NCBI RefSeq assembly: GCF_964213995.1
Contig: NW_027590159.1
Coordinates: 1 to 64,000, forward strand
DNA: 64,000 nucleotides
Direction of reading: 5' to 3'
DNA from: Mustelus asterias
Lineage: Eukaryota
The position numbers and the translations under genes were made by a program. Positions 13,300-25,800 of the stretch are shown here, piece by piece. How positions within the stretch are numbered: position 1 is the stretch's first letter; the number at the start of each line of letters is the position of its first letter. Below the pieces are notes generated by a model. The model was not told the DNA's origin. It did no database searches and saw nothing but the letters and a program-made list of their open reading frames with translations.

Positions 13300-13845
13300 A
13301 CAGAAACTAGAAACGGGAGTACGCCTTCGAGCTGCTCCGCCATTCATTTTGAAAATGGCTGATCAACCAATTCAATATCCTGATTCTCGCCCCACCCCAT
13401 ATACCTTGATCCATTTAGCCCTAAGGGCTTGAATTCATACATTGTTTTGTCCTCAACTATTTTCTGTGGTAGTGAATTCCATACATTCACCATCTTCTGG
13501 GTGAAGAAATTTCTCCGCACCTCAGTTCAAAAAGGTTTACCTCTTATCCTCAAGCCATGACCGCTGGTTCTGGACTTATCCACCATCCTTTCTGAATCTA
13601 CCCTGTCTAACTCTGTTAGAATTTGATAAGTTGCTATGAGATCCCCTCTCATTCTTCTAAACTCCGGTGAATATAATCTTAACCGACTTAATTTCTCCTC
13701 ATATGACAGAACTGCATCCCAGCAATCAGCCTTGTAAAATTTCGCTTTACTCTCTCTATAGCAAGGACATTGTTCGTCAGATAAGAACACCAAAGCTGCA
13801 CACAATACTCCAGGTGCGGACCCACCAACGTCCTATATAATTGTA
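13300..13845 (-). mobile_element. CR1-clade LINE 3' fragment
   Basis: Minus-strand LSYEEKLSRLRLYSPEFRRMRGDLIATYQIL...RTSGHGLRIRGKPF is the CR1 ORF2 C-terminus. Confidence 0.85.
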
Positions 13846-14036
13846 GATTATATTACTGAGAGAGATTAATTTAATAATATATGCATTGACAATTTTATTA
13901 AGCGTTTAAGTTAATAACACATAGGCTTTGAAAAGTATATCAGAGAACAAAATAATACCTTAAGAAGGGAAAATGAATAACCAAAATAATATCCATGACG
14001 AGAAAAAAAATCTGAAAGTATTCCCTCTCCCCGTAG

Positions 14037-14161
14037 ATTCCGCAGAATCCACCTGGATTGAAGACCAGGATGATAACAGCAATATCTGGACAACTGCTTC
14101 GACATTCATAGTCCTGTTCTTCCTGAGCATGTCCTACAGCGCTGCCGTCACTCTGGTGAAG
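14037..14161 (+). CDS. IGHM: IgM transmembrane exon TM1
   Basis: Acceptor ccccgtag|AT. DSAESTWIEDQDDNSNIWTTASTFIVLFFLSMSYSAAVTLVK contains the conserved antigen-receptor TM motif; donor AAG|gtgaga. Confidence 0.95.
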
Positions 14162-14303
14162 GTGAGATGATTCAATCCACCCACATCTGAATCAGATAGG
14201 AGAGGTTTGAAAAATATCCAGAAGTCTCAATTTAGAAGAGCCTTTAGATAAATGTCTCAAACACATAAAATGGTTGTTGAATTATTTTATTTCTCTTTTG
14301 CAG

Positions 14304-14312
14304 GTCGGGTGA
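14304..14312 (+). CDS. IGHM: IgM transmembrane exon TM2 (V-G-stop)
   Basis: Strong acceptor tttctcttttgcag|GTC GGG TGA; AATAAA at 14373-14378. Confidence 0.75.
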   Translation, partial: VG

Positions 14313-15024
14313 TTGAATTTAGGAAATCTTGTGGTTTTCGCCCATCTGTCCGCTCACAGTGTGGTGCTGTGGAATAAAAATACGTTATCATTGTGATCCT
14401 CAAAGTTAATGTGCCTTCAGTGAACAGATTCGAATCCATAACTGAGATAGAATATAAGCTGGATTTCGTTTTTGTTTCTGTTTAAAATGAATGAGATAAT
14501 CGTGTCGACAATATAATTGTATTTTGGAGTTTCACCATTGTTCAAATTAATGTGTAAGTTAGTGGTTATTTCTTATTGAGAATTATTCACCGCCTTTTAT
14601 GTGGAGGCCCTGATTTCTTGATTTGATTTGATTTATTGTTGTCACAAGTATTAGCATACAGTGCAAAGTGTTGTTTCTTTCTTTAGTTAATTACAGTTAT
14701 AGACAATTGTCAGTTTAGGCGACAATGTTATGTTCTCACTGTGACGCTCAGTTTGTGTATTCACCTGGGGTCAACTTTAAACTGTATCTTATTGTAAAAT
14801 GTTCTCTGTGAAATTTTAAATAAATCTTGAATGACAAATTAAATGACTTAGAAGTTGCTACATGCTGAGCTCCACGGCATAACCTTATCACTCGATTTTC
14901 CAATCCGAACGCTCCCTCACTCACGACGCCCCTTTCAACCGATAGGGCTTTGTAATCAATCCTGTTTGGATTTTGATCAACCCGACGACACTTCAGTGAA
15001 GGTGCCGCTGCGCTATCCAGTGTC

Positions 15025-15790
15025 CCAAAAAACAAAGAACAAAGAAAATTACAGCACAGGAACAGGCCCTTCGGCCATCCAAGCCTGCACCGACCATGCT
15101 GCCCGAATGAACTAAAACCCCCTACCCTTCCGGGGACTATATCCCTCTATTCCCATCCTATTCATGTATTTGATAAGCCCCTAAAAAGTCACGATCGTAT
15201 CTGCTTCCACTACCTCCCGGTAGCAAGTTCCAGGCACCCACAACCCTCTGTGTAAAAAACTTGCCTCGTACATCTCCTTTACACTTTGCCCCTCGCGCTT
15301 TAAACCGATGCCCGCTACTCATTGACTCTTCCACCCTGGGAGAAAGCTTCTGACTATCCACTCTGTCCATGCTCCTCATAATCTTGTCGACTTCTACCAG
15401 TTCGCTCCTCAACATCCGTCGTTCTAGTGAGATTAAACCAAGTTTTTCCAACTTGTCCTCATAGCTAATGCCCTTCATATCAGGCAACTTCCTGGTAAAT
15501 CTTTTCTGCACCCTCTTCAAAGCCCCCATATCCTTCTGGCATCGTGGCGACCAGAATTGAATACTATATTCCAAGTGCGGCCTAACTAAGGTCCTATAAA
15601 GCTGCAATATGACTTGCCAATTTTTAAACTCAATGGCCCGGACAATGAAGACAATCATGCTTTATGCCTTCTTGACTACATTCTCCACCTGCGTTGCCAC
15701 TTTCAGTGACCTGTGTACCTGTGCACCCAGATCCCTCTGCCTATCAATATTCTTAAGGGTTCTGCCATTTACTGTATAAATCCCATTTGT
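15025..15790 (-). mobile_element. CR1-clade LINE 3' portion
   Basis: LQLYRTLVRPHLEYSIQFWSP...LKRVQKRFTR...FFTQRVVGAWN; 3' tail with TTCTTTG-type repeats. Confidence 0.9.
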
Positions 15791-15899
15791 GTAAAGACAC
15801 CTCTACATCTGCCTTTTCATATTAAGTGGCAGAAGCAATTGACGAAACAGTCAGCGGGAACACGTTGCTGACTTTATTCAATTATTAATCCGTTACGTT

Positions 15900-16310
15900 C
15901 ACATATGGGTTTCCATTACAGAGCAGGACTGTGCTGCTTCATAGCCTGACACAATGGAGTATAATGAAGCATCTGGTCTTCAGGCTCTGGAAGCAGATGA
16001 TCACAGAACAGTCGATAGTGAAAGCTACCGTCAGCCAAACTGACCCATCCTGTGTTGCAAAGACCAGTATGATGCCCACTGCACTCGTCAGAGTGGTGGA
16101 CAGAACATTGTTAGAAAAGTAGATGCGGCCGACATGGTTGAGGGTGACGGCAATGATGATGATCGGGAAATTGCTCATCGCTATCGGCACCAGGTAGTAG
16201 GTGATGCACCGGGAGATTCCGTAACGTCCACGGGATACGATTATAATCACCAACATGTTGGCTGTGAACGATAAAAACATGGAGAGATATCACCGCGCAA
16301 ACTCCAAACA
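15900..16310 (-). pseudogene. GPR139-like class A GPCR fragment (TM1-TM3), degenerate
   Basis: ANMLVIIIVSRGRYGISRCITYYLVPIAMSN...DGSVWLTVAFTIDCSVIICFQSLKTRC resembles the expanded shark GPR139-like family, but the DRF motif is lost and the reading frame is truncated. Confidence 0.7.
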
Positions 16311-16877
16311 CCAGCTACTGCCCCATCTAATCTGAATACTTGCTGACAATTCCCTTTGCCAGCTCCAGGTTACAAATCTTCCAAAGCTATTGGTGTTTGT
16401 TCTATACCCACTGGTGGGTGAAACGTGTCAATATAGTCACCATTCCAATCAGTCCCCGTCACACACAATGCTCTCTGGTTCCTGAATCAATCCAAGGGGC
16501 TCACTGTGCAGCGGAAGATTATCCGAAACATTTGGTCCCACTGCCTTTATGCAAGCCCATATCAAGCCCCTACTCGCTGATGTGCATTGGCTCCCAGTCT
16601 GGCAACGTCTGCGTTTTAATATCCTGATCCTTTGAATTGTCAATCACCTTCACTGTCTCACCCCTTCCCTCCCTGTTACTTCCTATAACTACCTGAGATC
16701 TCAGCGTATCCACAATCCTGCTCTACTGAGCATCTTTGATATTAATGTCTAGCGATTATGTCTCGCTATTGAGTATTTCATCTCTGAAATGCTCTCCCTC
16801 AAAACCTCTGAATTTTCTTCTTGCTTTTGGATGTTTAGTACATGGAAACATAGAAACTAGAAGCAGGAATAGGACAG

Positions 16878-17187
16878 GGACAATTGCTAAAGATTCAGTG
16901 TTTGAAGATCGATCAGAATTCAGGTTTCTGGAAGGACAGAACATAACATTGGACTTTAAATACTCGACTGCTGCTCTTCAAACTCTGTACAGGTACATCC
17001 AGTATCCCCGGCAAGCTCTGAGATTTTTGATGAAGACATGTAGCTTGGCAATACCGATATGACTCCACATTTCCCAGATAGATTGTCGGCTAATTTACAC
17101 AAAGGGAACAACACTTTTCCTTTAAATGTCACTAGAGCTCTTTTTTCTGACACCGTCGTGTATTTCTGTGTCATGGAGCCCACAGAG
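16878..17187 (+). pseudogene. T-cell receptor alpha/delta-like V segment pseudogene with degenerate RSS heptamer
   Basis: DSVFE...EGQNITLDFKYST...LYRYIQYPRQALRFLM / DRLSANL...TFPLNVTRALFSDTVVYFCVMEP, then CACAGAG (17181-17187). First Cys->Phe, Trp->Arg, and a frameshift near 17040-17060. Confidence 0.7.
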
Positions 17188-17589
17188 ATTTTGCGAAACC
17201 CGCACAGAGACCCCAGACTGGGAGTTCCAGTTAATGATCAGCAGAGGGCGCGCTCACACTGATAAACAGAAACAACAATTCAGTCTCAACAACGAGTGTC
17301 ACCGAATCATAAAAAAATCAAAACAAAACACAACACTCAAGAACAGCTGAGCCGCAGTTGGTTTTTAACTTGCAACTATATTAAAAATGCATTGATGCTT
17401 AGTTAACAACCCACCTTTAGTCTTTGCTGATAGTTCGTTGCATGTGTGAATTATTCTCCATCTTCACTCTCCATTTCGAGGTCACTTTGATCAATGGGCC
17501 TATTTAGTCAGAGTATTTTGCTGGCTAAGAGACAAGTTATCTAAAATATACACTTCACAAGTGTGTCATAGAACCATAGGACCTGTTTG

Positions 17590-18942
17590 GGGACTATCAA
17601 GCACTTGGAACTAAATTAAAGAACAGGTCCTCAAGGTTAATAATCTCAGGATTCCGACCCGAGCCACATGCAAATTGGCATAGGATTGAGAGAATTCCGG
17701 AAGTTAACACGTTATTAAAGGAATGGTGCGGGAAAGAGAGGTTCGAATTCATGAGGTATTGGCATCAGTATTGGAACAGGAGGGATCTGTACCGTTGGGA
17801 CTGTCTTCACCTGAACTGATCTGGGACAAGTTTTCTAGCGAAATGGATAAATTCGGTGGTCACAAGGTCTTCAAACTAACAATTTAGGGGGGAAGGGAAG
17901 AGTAAAACTACGGGAAATATAACGGCTAACAGAAAGAAAGCAGCAGGTTAGCATGTGGAGAGAAGGTTCCAACTACATCGGAAATCAGGGGAAAAAAGTT
18001 AATAGAGAGGAGACATGATTGCTGGATGGGAATGACTGAGAATTAAATATCCAGGGGTATCAGGCTGTTTGGAGGGACAGACAGGAAGTTAACAGAGGTA
18101 GTGTGGCTCTGATATTCAAGGATGACATCAGGGCGGTAATGAGAGATGATATAGGTTCCATGGAAAAAAGGTTGAATCCATTTGGGTGGAAATTAGAAAA
18201 GGTAAGGAGAAAAAGGTCACTGATAGGCGTACTCTATAGACCATCAAATTATAACATCATGGTAGGGCGAGAAATAATCAACTGATGCATATAAAACTGG
18301 TACAGCAATTATCATGAGCGATTTTAATCTACATGTCAATTGGTCAGACCAGGAAATGAGGAAATGGCTGAGGATTTGAACAGGTGTTTAGTGTCGGTCT
18401 TCACAGTGGAAGACACAAAAAGCATGTCAAAAATTGATGACATGAAGGCTATGGCAGGTGAGGACATAGAAACTAACATTATCACGGAAGAGATAGTGTT
18501 GGTCAAGCTAATGGGGTCTAAAGGTAGACAAGTCTCCTGGCCCTGATGGAATGCAGCCCAGGGGACTAAAGGAGATGGTGGGTGGAAGAGCAAATGCACT
18601 AGTGGTAATTTACCAAAATTCGGTGGATTCTGGGGTGGTTTCCGCAGGTTGGAAAAGAGCAAATGTGATGCCACTGTTTAAAAGAGGAGGTAAACAAAAG
18701 GCAGGTAACAATAGGCCGGTTAGCTTAACTTCTGTAGTCGGGAAAATGCTTGAATCTATCATCAAGGAAAAAATAGCGAGATATCTGGATAGAAATTGTC
18801 CCATTGGTAAGATGCAGCAGGGGTTCATGAAGGGCAGGTCATGTTTGACTAATTTGGTAGGATTATTTGAGAACATTACGTGCACAGTGGACAATGGGGA
18901 ACCTGTGGATGTGGTGTATCTGGATTTCCAGAAGGCATTTGC
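17590..18942 (+). mobile_element. CR1-clade LINE internal fragments (ORF1 esterase-like, endonuclease, RT N-terminus)
   Basis: LIGVLYRP...; WKRANVMPLFKRGGKQKAGNNRPVSLTSVVGKMLE...GRSCLTNL...VYLDFQKAF. Confidence 0.85.
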
Positions 18943-18944
18943 CT

Positions 18945-20000
18945 CCGTAACCAACACAGGCAAATACAAAATCAAATCAACCGTGTGCCAAAATAGTTAA
19001 CTCTCCTTACAACTTTTCAGACGGAACAAAACACCCATCTTGAAATTGCTTTTCCTTTCCCAACATGGCAGAGCTCAAATCTCTGTCGGATTCCTATTCT
19101 CGAAAATGACCATGAATCGCACAATTACATCCTCTCTCTCTGTGCCAAACACAGAAAGTCCGTGCTGCTTTTAACTCTTTACTCCCCTCTTTGGTCCAGG
19201 ATGCTTGAGACCAACCAATTTAACCCGTCTCTCTCTCTCACACAAGTGTCTCACAGGAGACCTGTGCTCCTGGGACCTCTCCCTGCTGGTTCTCTCACAC
19301 GGCCTTGTCCCTTCCTCTGGAACCCCTCCCTGTGAGTTCCTTGCGCCCGCGCCACCCGCCGTCTGTACACACGGTCTAGCCACTTGATGCTTCTGTAGTT
19401 ACATGGCAATTTCAGCTCCGCTGCATAGGAGTGTCCGAGAGTCCATCCCCGGCACCCTATGTTTAAGCATAGCATCTCTGCAAACTCCCCTTCTACTACG
19501 CGGCTTTTCGCTCCACTCCATAGGAGATCCGAGAGTCCGTCCCTGGCCCTTCTACGTTAAGTGTGGGCTCTTTACATACACACCACTTTTGCACCTCTCC
19601 CCCAGTCCGAGATACTCAACTTACAGCTTACGGCTGCCAGACGCAGAGCACCCTAACTGGTGGTATTGAAACAAAGTACTCACCCTCCTTTTGGGAACAC
19701 GTCCTGCCAGCGGTCACCGGTGAGTACCCTGCTGTCGCAGCGCCAAATTGTAAGAGGATTTTTCTCAGGTATCCCCTGAGGTGCTCTGTACTTGTTGAAC
19801 CTCACTCAATACACAGACTGCAAAAACAGTATATAGTTAAAGAACGAAAATGAATTTATTTGCTAATGCATGCATCAGGAGAGAGACAGTCAATGAGGGT
19901 TGACTGTCCTCTCTGACCTAATATTGCCTGGTTAAATTATTATATTATTCTGAACATTTCAATATCCCGCCGACTCTCAACAATCAGAGGGCCCAATCAC
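18945..20000 (-). mobile_element. LTR/ERV 5' remnant (LTR, primer-binding site, leader)
   Basis: On the minus strand: TATA-like motif (~19940), AATAAA (19855-19860), LTR end ...TACA, then ATT and TGGCGCTGCGACAGCAGGG (19745-19727), which resembles a tRNA-Ser PBS. Confidence 0.5.
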
Positions 20001-20004
20001 AATA

Positions 20005-20185
20005 TTCCAAAGATGTGCGGGTTAGGTTGATTGGCCAGGTTAAAAATTGCCCCTTAGAGTCCTGGGATGTGTAGGTTAGAGGGATTAGCGGGTAAATATG
20101 TGGGGGTAGGGCCTGGGTGGGATTGTGGTCGGTGCAGACTCGATGGGCCGAATGGCCTCCTTCTGCACTGTAGGGTTTCTATGAT
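20005..20185 (+). mobile_element. Shark SINE 3' half
   Basis: TCCAAAGATGTGCGGGTTAGGTTGATTGGCC...GACTCGATGGGCCGAATGGCCTCCTTCTGCACTGTAG. Confidence 0.8.
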
Positions 20186-20857
20186 GATTTATATGATGAT
20201 TCAACATTATATCAATGATAGAGCTGTATAAAACGCGAGGTAGGTCACGGTTGGAATTTGCTGTACAGTTCTCCTCACCACGTTGCAGGAAAGACGTAAT
20301 AAGTTTCCCAAGCCCCATTCCGGGATAGCTGATATGTTAGACAAAATATAGTAACGGCAACTCTGAGAAAAGTTTAAAATTGAAGGAGAAACACTGAAAT
20401 CCGACAGTGTGTCAGGTAAATGTGAGCTAAGAGTCAAATTTACATCCTGTCAATGTGTGGACCGAACTTTACTGAGGGTTTGAATCTTATCACTATTGCT
20501 GTGGCTTCAAATTGTGTAACACGAATATAGTTTATCAGAAAGGCCTGGAACATTCAAAACAGATAAAGCAATTGATGAAGATTCAAACTGAAATTCATAT
20601 TAGTTCCGTGCATGGGCCCTTCTGAATTTAATTACATTATAATAAGAATAATAGGAACAAGTAAAAATACAGCAGTATAATCGTGCAACAAGATCCTTCA
20701 GTAATCTGAAATTCATTGACCTCCCAAACAGAGGCCATTTACCTTACATCACCACCAGAGGGAGCTCCCTCACCGTGTTTGTGTGTTCACTGTTTTAGGA
20801 GTTGGTTCCATTACACACTGATATAGGGAGACATAAATCAGGAGAATTGGATTCATT

Positions 20858-21682
20858 AAGTGGTTCCCAAAGGGTGTGCGGCGCGCCACACTGGTGCGGC
20901 GAGAGAGGATGGCAAGTGTGGCGGGAAGATTCAAGGACAATCAAAGAAACATTTGAACATGGATAGATATTTTTCCAAAGTGAGAGCAAGACCATCAAGT
21001 GATGCTGAGGACGGTCCGGGTCCATATTGTGATCCAGAATCGCCGTTCGAACAGGGTGCTGAAGAACAGTCGTTTAATTCTACACCAGTAGCAGGCCCAA
21101 GCAAACCTCCAAAAAAGAAAGTTTGTCAACTATGTATGGATAGCTATCTGAGTCCCTGTTTCACATGGACTGGAGATGAAAACGTATCTCGGCCTATGTG
21201 TTTGATCTGTGGTGAGAAGCTTTCCAATTCCAACATGGTCCCAAGCACGATGAAAAGACATCTGTTGTCAAAACATGGAAATCTGGCAAACAAGGATGTT
21301 CAATATTTTGAAAGGCTTTTGGAACAGCAGAAATGCCAACGATCATATTTCGAAAAACGAATGACAGTCTCAGATAAGATGCAGATTGTATCTTACCAAG
21401 TGACTGAATTGATTGCTCAACAGACAAAACCACATAAAATAGCTGAAACATTGATTCAGCCTGCCTGCAGCTTGATTGCGAAAACTTTGTTTGGTGATGA
21501 TGCTGAGCGAGAAGTTATGGAAATTCCTTTGTCTGATAATACAATTCGCAGAAGAATAGTTGATATGTCAGCTCATATTGAGAAGCGTCTTTCTGAAAGT
21601 ATGAAGAATTCTAAATTTGCCATTCAAGTTGATGAATCGACTGACATTAGTGGAAAAGCACAGTTGCTTGCCTATATCAGAT
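20858..21682 (+). mobile_element. hAT (Buster/Charlie, ZBED5/ZBED8-like) DNA transposon, 5' part only
   Basis: TIR-like AGTGGTTCCCAAA. The ORF has BED finger PMCLICGEKLSN...KRHLLSKH, KPHKIAETLIQPAC, IPLSDNTIRRRI and FAIQVDESTD (first catalytic Asp); it ends abruptly at 21682. Confidence 0.9.
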
Positions 21683-22691
21683 TCTGGCAGCCACCACGCC
21701 CGCATGGGTGGGCCGAGAAGGCCCTGCCACCGGCGACGCTGGTGATGTCGCCATGGTATCAGGGGAAGTGCTACACCCACCCCGAGACTGCCCAGATGCA
21801 CGGCAGGGCGTATATGTGGAGGGAAAAATAAGGGAGGGTGGGGTAGGTGGGTAGGGGTGTAGGTGTTCTCTCCCCGGAGTGAGAGGGAGAGAGGAGGTCG
21901 GAGCAGTGGGAGGGAGATGAGGCACAAGGCCGGTGCCCCAGTCAGGAGGGAAAAAGGGGAGGGTGCACCAATCTTGGGGATAGCAGCAGTGGGTAGGGGA
22001 ATTAGGAAAAGGTCTTCACCCCCCCCACTGCAGATGGAGAAGAGACAGTCCAAACGCCTTCACCCCCCCCCCCCCTTCTCCTCCAGTTACTCTCTTCCTC
22101 CCTCCCCCCGGGGAGAGCGCACCCTCCAGAGGCCGGATGGCAGGCAAGCAGGCAGTCCAGACGGCAGGCAGCCCAGACGGCAGGCAGGCAGGCAGTCCAG
22201 ACGGCAGGCAGGCAGGTAGGTAAGCAGGCCAGACGGCAGGCAGGCAGGTAAGCAGGCCAGACGGCAGGCAGGCAGGTAAGCAGGCCAGACGGCAGGCAGG
22301 CAGTAAGCAGGCCAGACGGCAGGCAGGCAGGTAAGCAGGCCAGACGGCAGGCAGGCAGGTAAGCAGGCCAGACGGCAGGCAGGCAGGTAAGCAGGCCAGA
22401 CGGCAGGCAGGCAGGTAAGCAGGCCAGACGGCAGGCAGGCAGGTAAGCAGGCCAGACGGCAGGCAGGCAGGTAAGCAGGCCAGACGGCAGGCAGGCAGGC
22501 AACAGGCAGGCCGGGCAAGGCAGGCAGCAGCTCACCTCCCTCCTTCCTCCCCGCAGGGAGCCAAGAACAAGCAAACAAAACAAACAAAACAAGCAAACAA
22601 AACAAAACAAACAGAACCGGGCGTCTTCTTAAACAAACCCACCCCGGAAACAAAGTGCAGGCGCTGCCCCAGAGGAGGCACGTTTCAGGCC
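21683..22691 (-). mobile_element. Tx1-clade non-LTR retrotransposon copy A: 5' UTR plus first ~24 codons of ORF1 (3'-truncated)
   Basis: Clearly homologous to 28792-30123 (MATSPASPVAGPSRPT start, 28-bp minisatellite, CGTTTCAGGCC 5' end). Confidence 0.9.
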
Positions 22692-22845
22692 GTCTGAAGC
22701 TCAATCTTCATTCAGAGACCTCTTTTTAGGTCAAACCAAGTAAATAAACTCAAATTAAATCAGGACAAAGTAAAAGGGGCAGCTCCCCAAAAAGGAGGGG
22801 AAACAGCCCGAACAGAAATCAAAATGCAAAGGAAACTTAAAAACA

Positions 22846-25800
22846 TCAAATTAAAATGTGATTATTAGGGTCAATAATGCACCCCAACCCCTGCGGTGCC
22901 CAGTGGGCGCGGAAAGCGTCAACCTCGCCCGTGGACACCGCATGCTCCCTCTCCAGGGACACCTGGCCGCGAACGTAGCCGCGGTAGAGGGGAAGACAGT
23001 CAGGATGGACGGCCCCCTCGATCGCCCGCTGCCTGGACCGGTAAATGGCGCGTTTCGCCAGGCCCAGGAGCAGGTTCATGAGGAGGTCGCCATCCCGACC
23101 CTCCCCTCTCCGCACCGGGTGTCCGTAGATCAGGAGCGTGGGACTGAAGTGTAAACAAAACATCAATAAAAGGTTCTTCAGGAAAACATAAAGGGAGTGC
23201 AGCCTAAGACACTCAACATAGACATGGTCCACGGACTCCACAAGGCCACAGAAAGGGCAGTCTTCGGAGCCCGTGAACCAGTGAATCCTACGGTTGTGCG
23301 GAACTGCTGCATGCATCACCCTCCACCCCAGGTCCCCGACGTAATTGGGGGAGATCCCTCCGTAGAGGGACCTCCAGCGGGGACCTCCGCCGCCCGGCGG
23401 CAACAAGGCCCGCCAAGGTGTATCCGGGCGACAGGCGAGGAGGCGGTAGTGGAGGGTGTGCAGCAGCAGCCCGCACAGGAAATGCCTCCGTGCGGTAGAA
23501 AAAGGCACGGAGGGCATTTCCGCGAGGCGGCTCAGGCTGTAGGGCACCTCACCCAGGGGAGGGGGCTGAGGCTTTGGGCCAATGTGGAATTCCGCCCGAA
23601 CAGGGGAACGCTCGGGCGGGATCCCACCGCACGCCTGCGCCGTCTCAAGTTTGCGTGCAGTTTCGGGGCCGAGCACGACCGTCCTAAGGTCTAGGATGGC
23701 TTTGGCCGCGCGCCGGACGGACGTCCCCGCACGCTCAGCCAGCACGCGGGGACTCATCCAGCCCGCTCCTCCGCCATCGAGCATGTCCCCGATTCTGGTC
23801 ACCCCGGCGTCCACAGCCCCCCTCTCCGCCAGCCACCTGAAGTTATACGGCTGGAGGAGCGGATTCCTGAGCAGCGGCTCTCGCACGAGAGCCGCTACTC
23901 CTGACGGGGGAGAGCTGCGTCGCGAGGCGACCTTGTTCCAGACAGTGAGGAGGTCCTGGTAAAAGACGGGCAACTCCTGCAGGGCGGTCGAAGCACGCCC
24001 CAGTTCGATATGCAGGAGCTGCACGTCATAATTGAGGCCGTGCCACTGGCGGAAGAAATACGTCGCCATGGCACACCACTGTGGAGGGGGCTCAACGTAA
24101 AGGTACCTCTGCAGGGCCTGGAGGCGGAAGGTCGCTATCTGAGTGCGGAGGCACACCAGACCTTGTCCGCCCTCCTCAAGCGGGAGATACAGGACCGCAG
24201 CAGGGACCCAGTGCAGTCGATTGCCCCAGAAGAACCGCACGAGGGTTCTCTGGATATCGGTGACAAAGCCAGGGGGAGGGGTCAAAGGGACCAGCCGGTA
24301 CCACAGCATGGAGGCGACCAGCTGGTTTATGACGCGAGCTCGCGCCCCGTAGGACAGCACTCGGAGCAGTCCTGTCCAGCGACCCAGGCGGGCGGAGACT
24401 TTGGCCTCCAGCTCCCGCCAGTTCGCCGGCCAGGATTCCTCGGCTGGGCAGAGATGGGCCCCCAAGTAGAGGAGGTCGGTCCTGCTCCAGGTGAAAGGCC
24501 TGAGCTCCTCCGGGAGGGGGTCCGTCTCCCAAGGACCGACAAGGAGTCCGGAGCACTTGGCCCAGTTGATCCTGGCGGAGGACGCGGCGGAGTACACCGC
24601 CTGGCATTCTCGCATCCTCCGCAGGTCAGCCGGGTCCGTGAACATGAGGAGCACGTCGTCGGCGTAAGCTGACAGGACCACCCCTACGTCCGGTCCGCGC
24701 AGGACCAAACCTGACAACCTCCTCCGCAAGAGGCGCAGGAATGGCTCCACGCATACGGAATACAGTTGGCCGGACAAGGGGCAGCCCTGCCGTACTCCTC
24801 TCCCGAAGCGAAGGGGCGCCGTCAGGGACCCGTTAACCTTAATCAGACACTCTGCGGCAGAGTACAGTCATCGGATCCGGGCGACAAAATGCGTCCCGAA
24901 CCCGAATGCCCGCAGAGTCCCGAGTAAATACTCGTGCTCCACCCTGTCGAACGCCTTCTCCTGATCTATTGACAAGAAGGCGCCCGACAGACCAGCCCTC
25001 TGGGTGTGATGGATTAGGTCCCGGACCAGGTGGAGATTGTCATGTATGCAACGGCCCGGGACCGTGTAGGACTGGTCAGGGTGGATCAAGTGGTCCAGCA
25101 CGGATCCAAGGCGTGAAGCCATAGCCCTGGCAAAGATTTTATAATCCGTGCTGAGGAGGGAGACCGGGCGCCAGTTCTTGAGCAGGTGGAGATCCCCCTT
25201 CTTGGGCAGCAGGGCAATGACGGCCCTGCGCCACGAAAGGGGCATCTCCCCGGTAGCGACGCTCTCCCCCAGGACCCCCGCGTAGTCGCTCCCCAGGACG
25301 TCCCAGAACGCCCTGAAGAACTCTACTGTCAGCCCGTCCAGCCCAGGGGCCTTGCCCCGGCTGAGGCCATTTAGGGCGCCGGTCAGCTCGGCCATGGTGG
25401 TAGGGGCCTCGAGCCTGCCGACGCCCTCCGGGCCGACCTGCGGCAGGTCCTCCCACAGAAGTCTGCGGGCATCCTCGCTGGACGGATCCGGAGAGAAGAG
25501 CGAGGTGTAATACTCCCGGGCAATGGCCCGGATGCCCTCCGGATCCGAGACGGGGGAACCGTCGTCGGCCAGCAGCGTAAGGAGCTGCTGACGGTTAGCC
25601 CGCCCTCTTTCCAGCGAGTAGAAGAAGGGGGAGCCGCGGTCCAGGTCCACCTGGAACTGGAGCCGCGACCTCACGTACGCGCCGCGAGACCTGGCAAGCT
25701 GCAGGTCTCGCAGCGCGTCCTTCTTCTCCCTGTACTCCCAACGCAGGGCCGGGTCCGCGTCAGGCCGACTGAGACGTGCCTCCAGGTCGAGCACCTCCTT

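Noticed and set aside
20860-21831. Domesticated ZBED/SCAND3-type host gene
   Set aside because: It retains a TIR-like end, lacks most of the catalytic domain, and its C-terminus is antisense Tx1 sequence.
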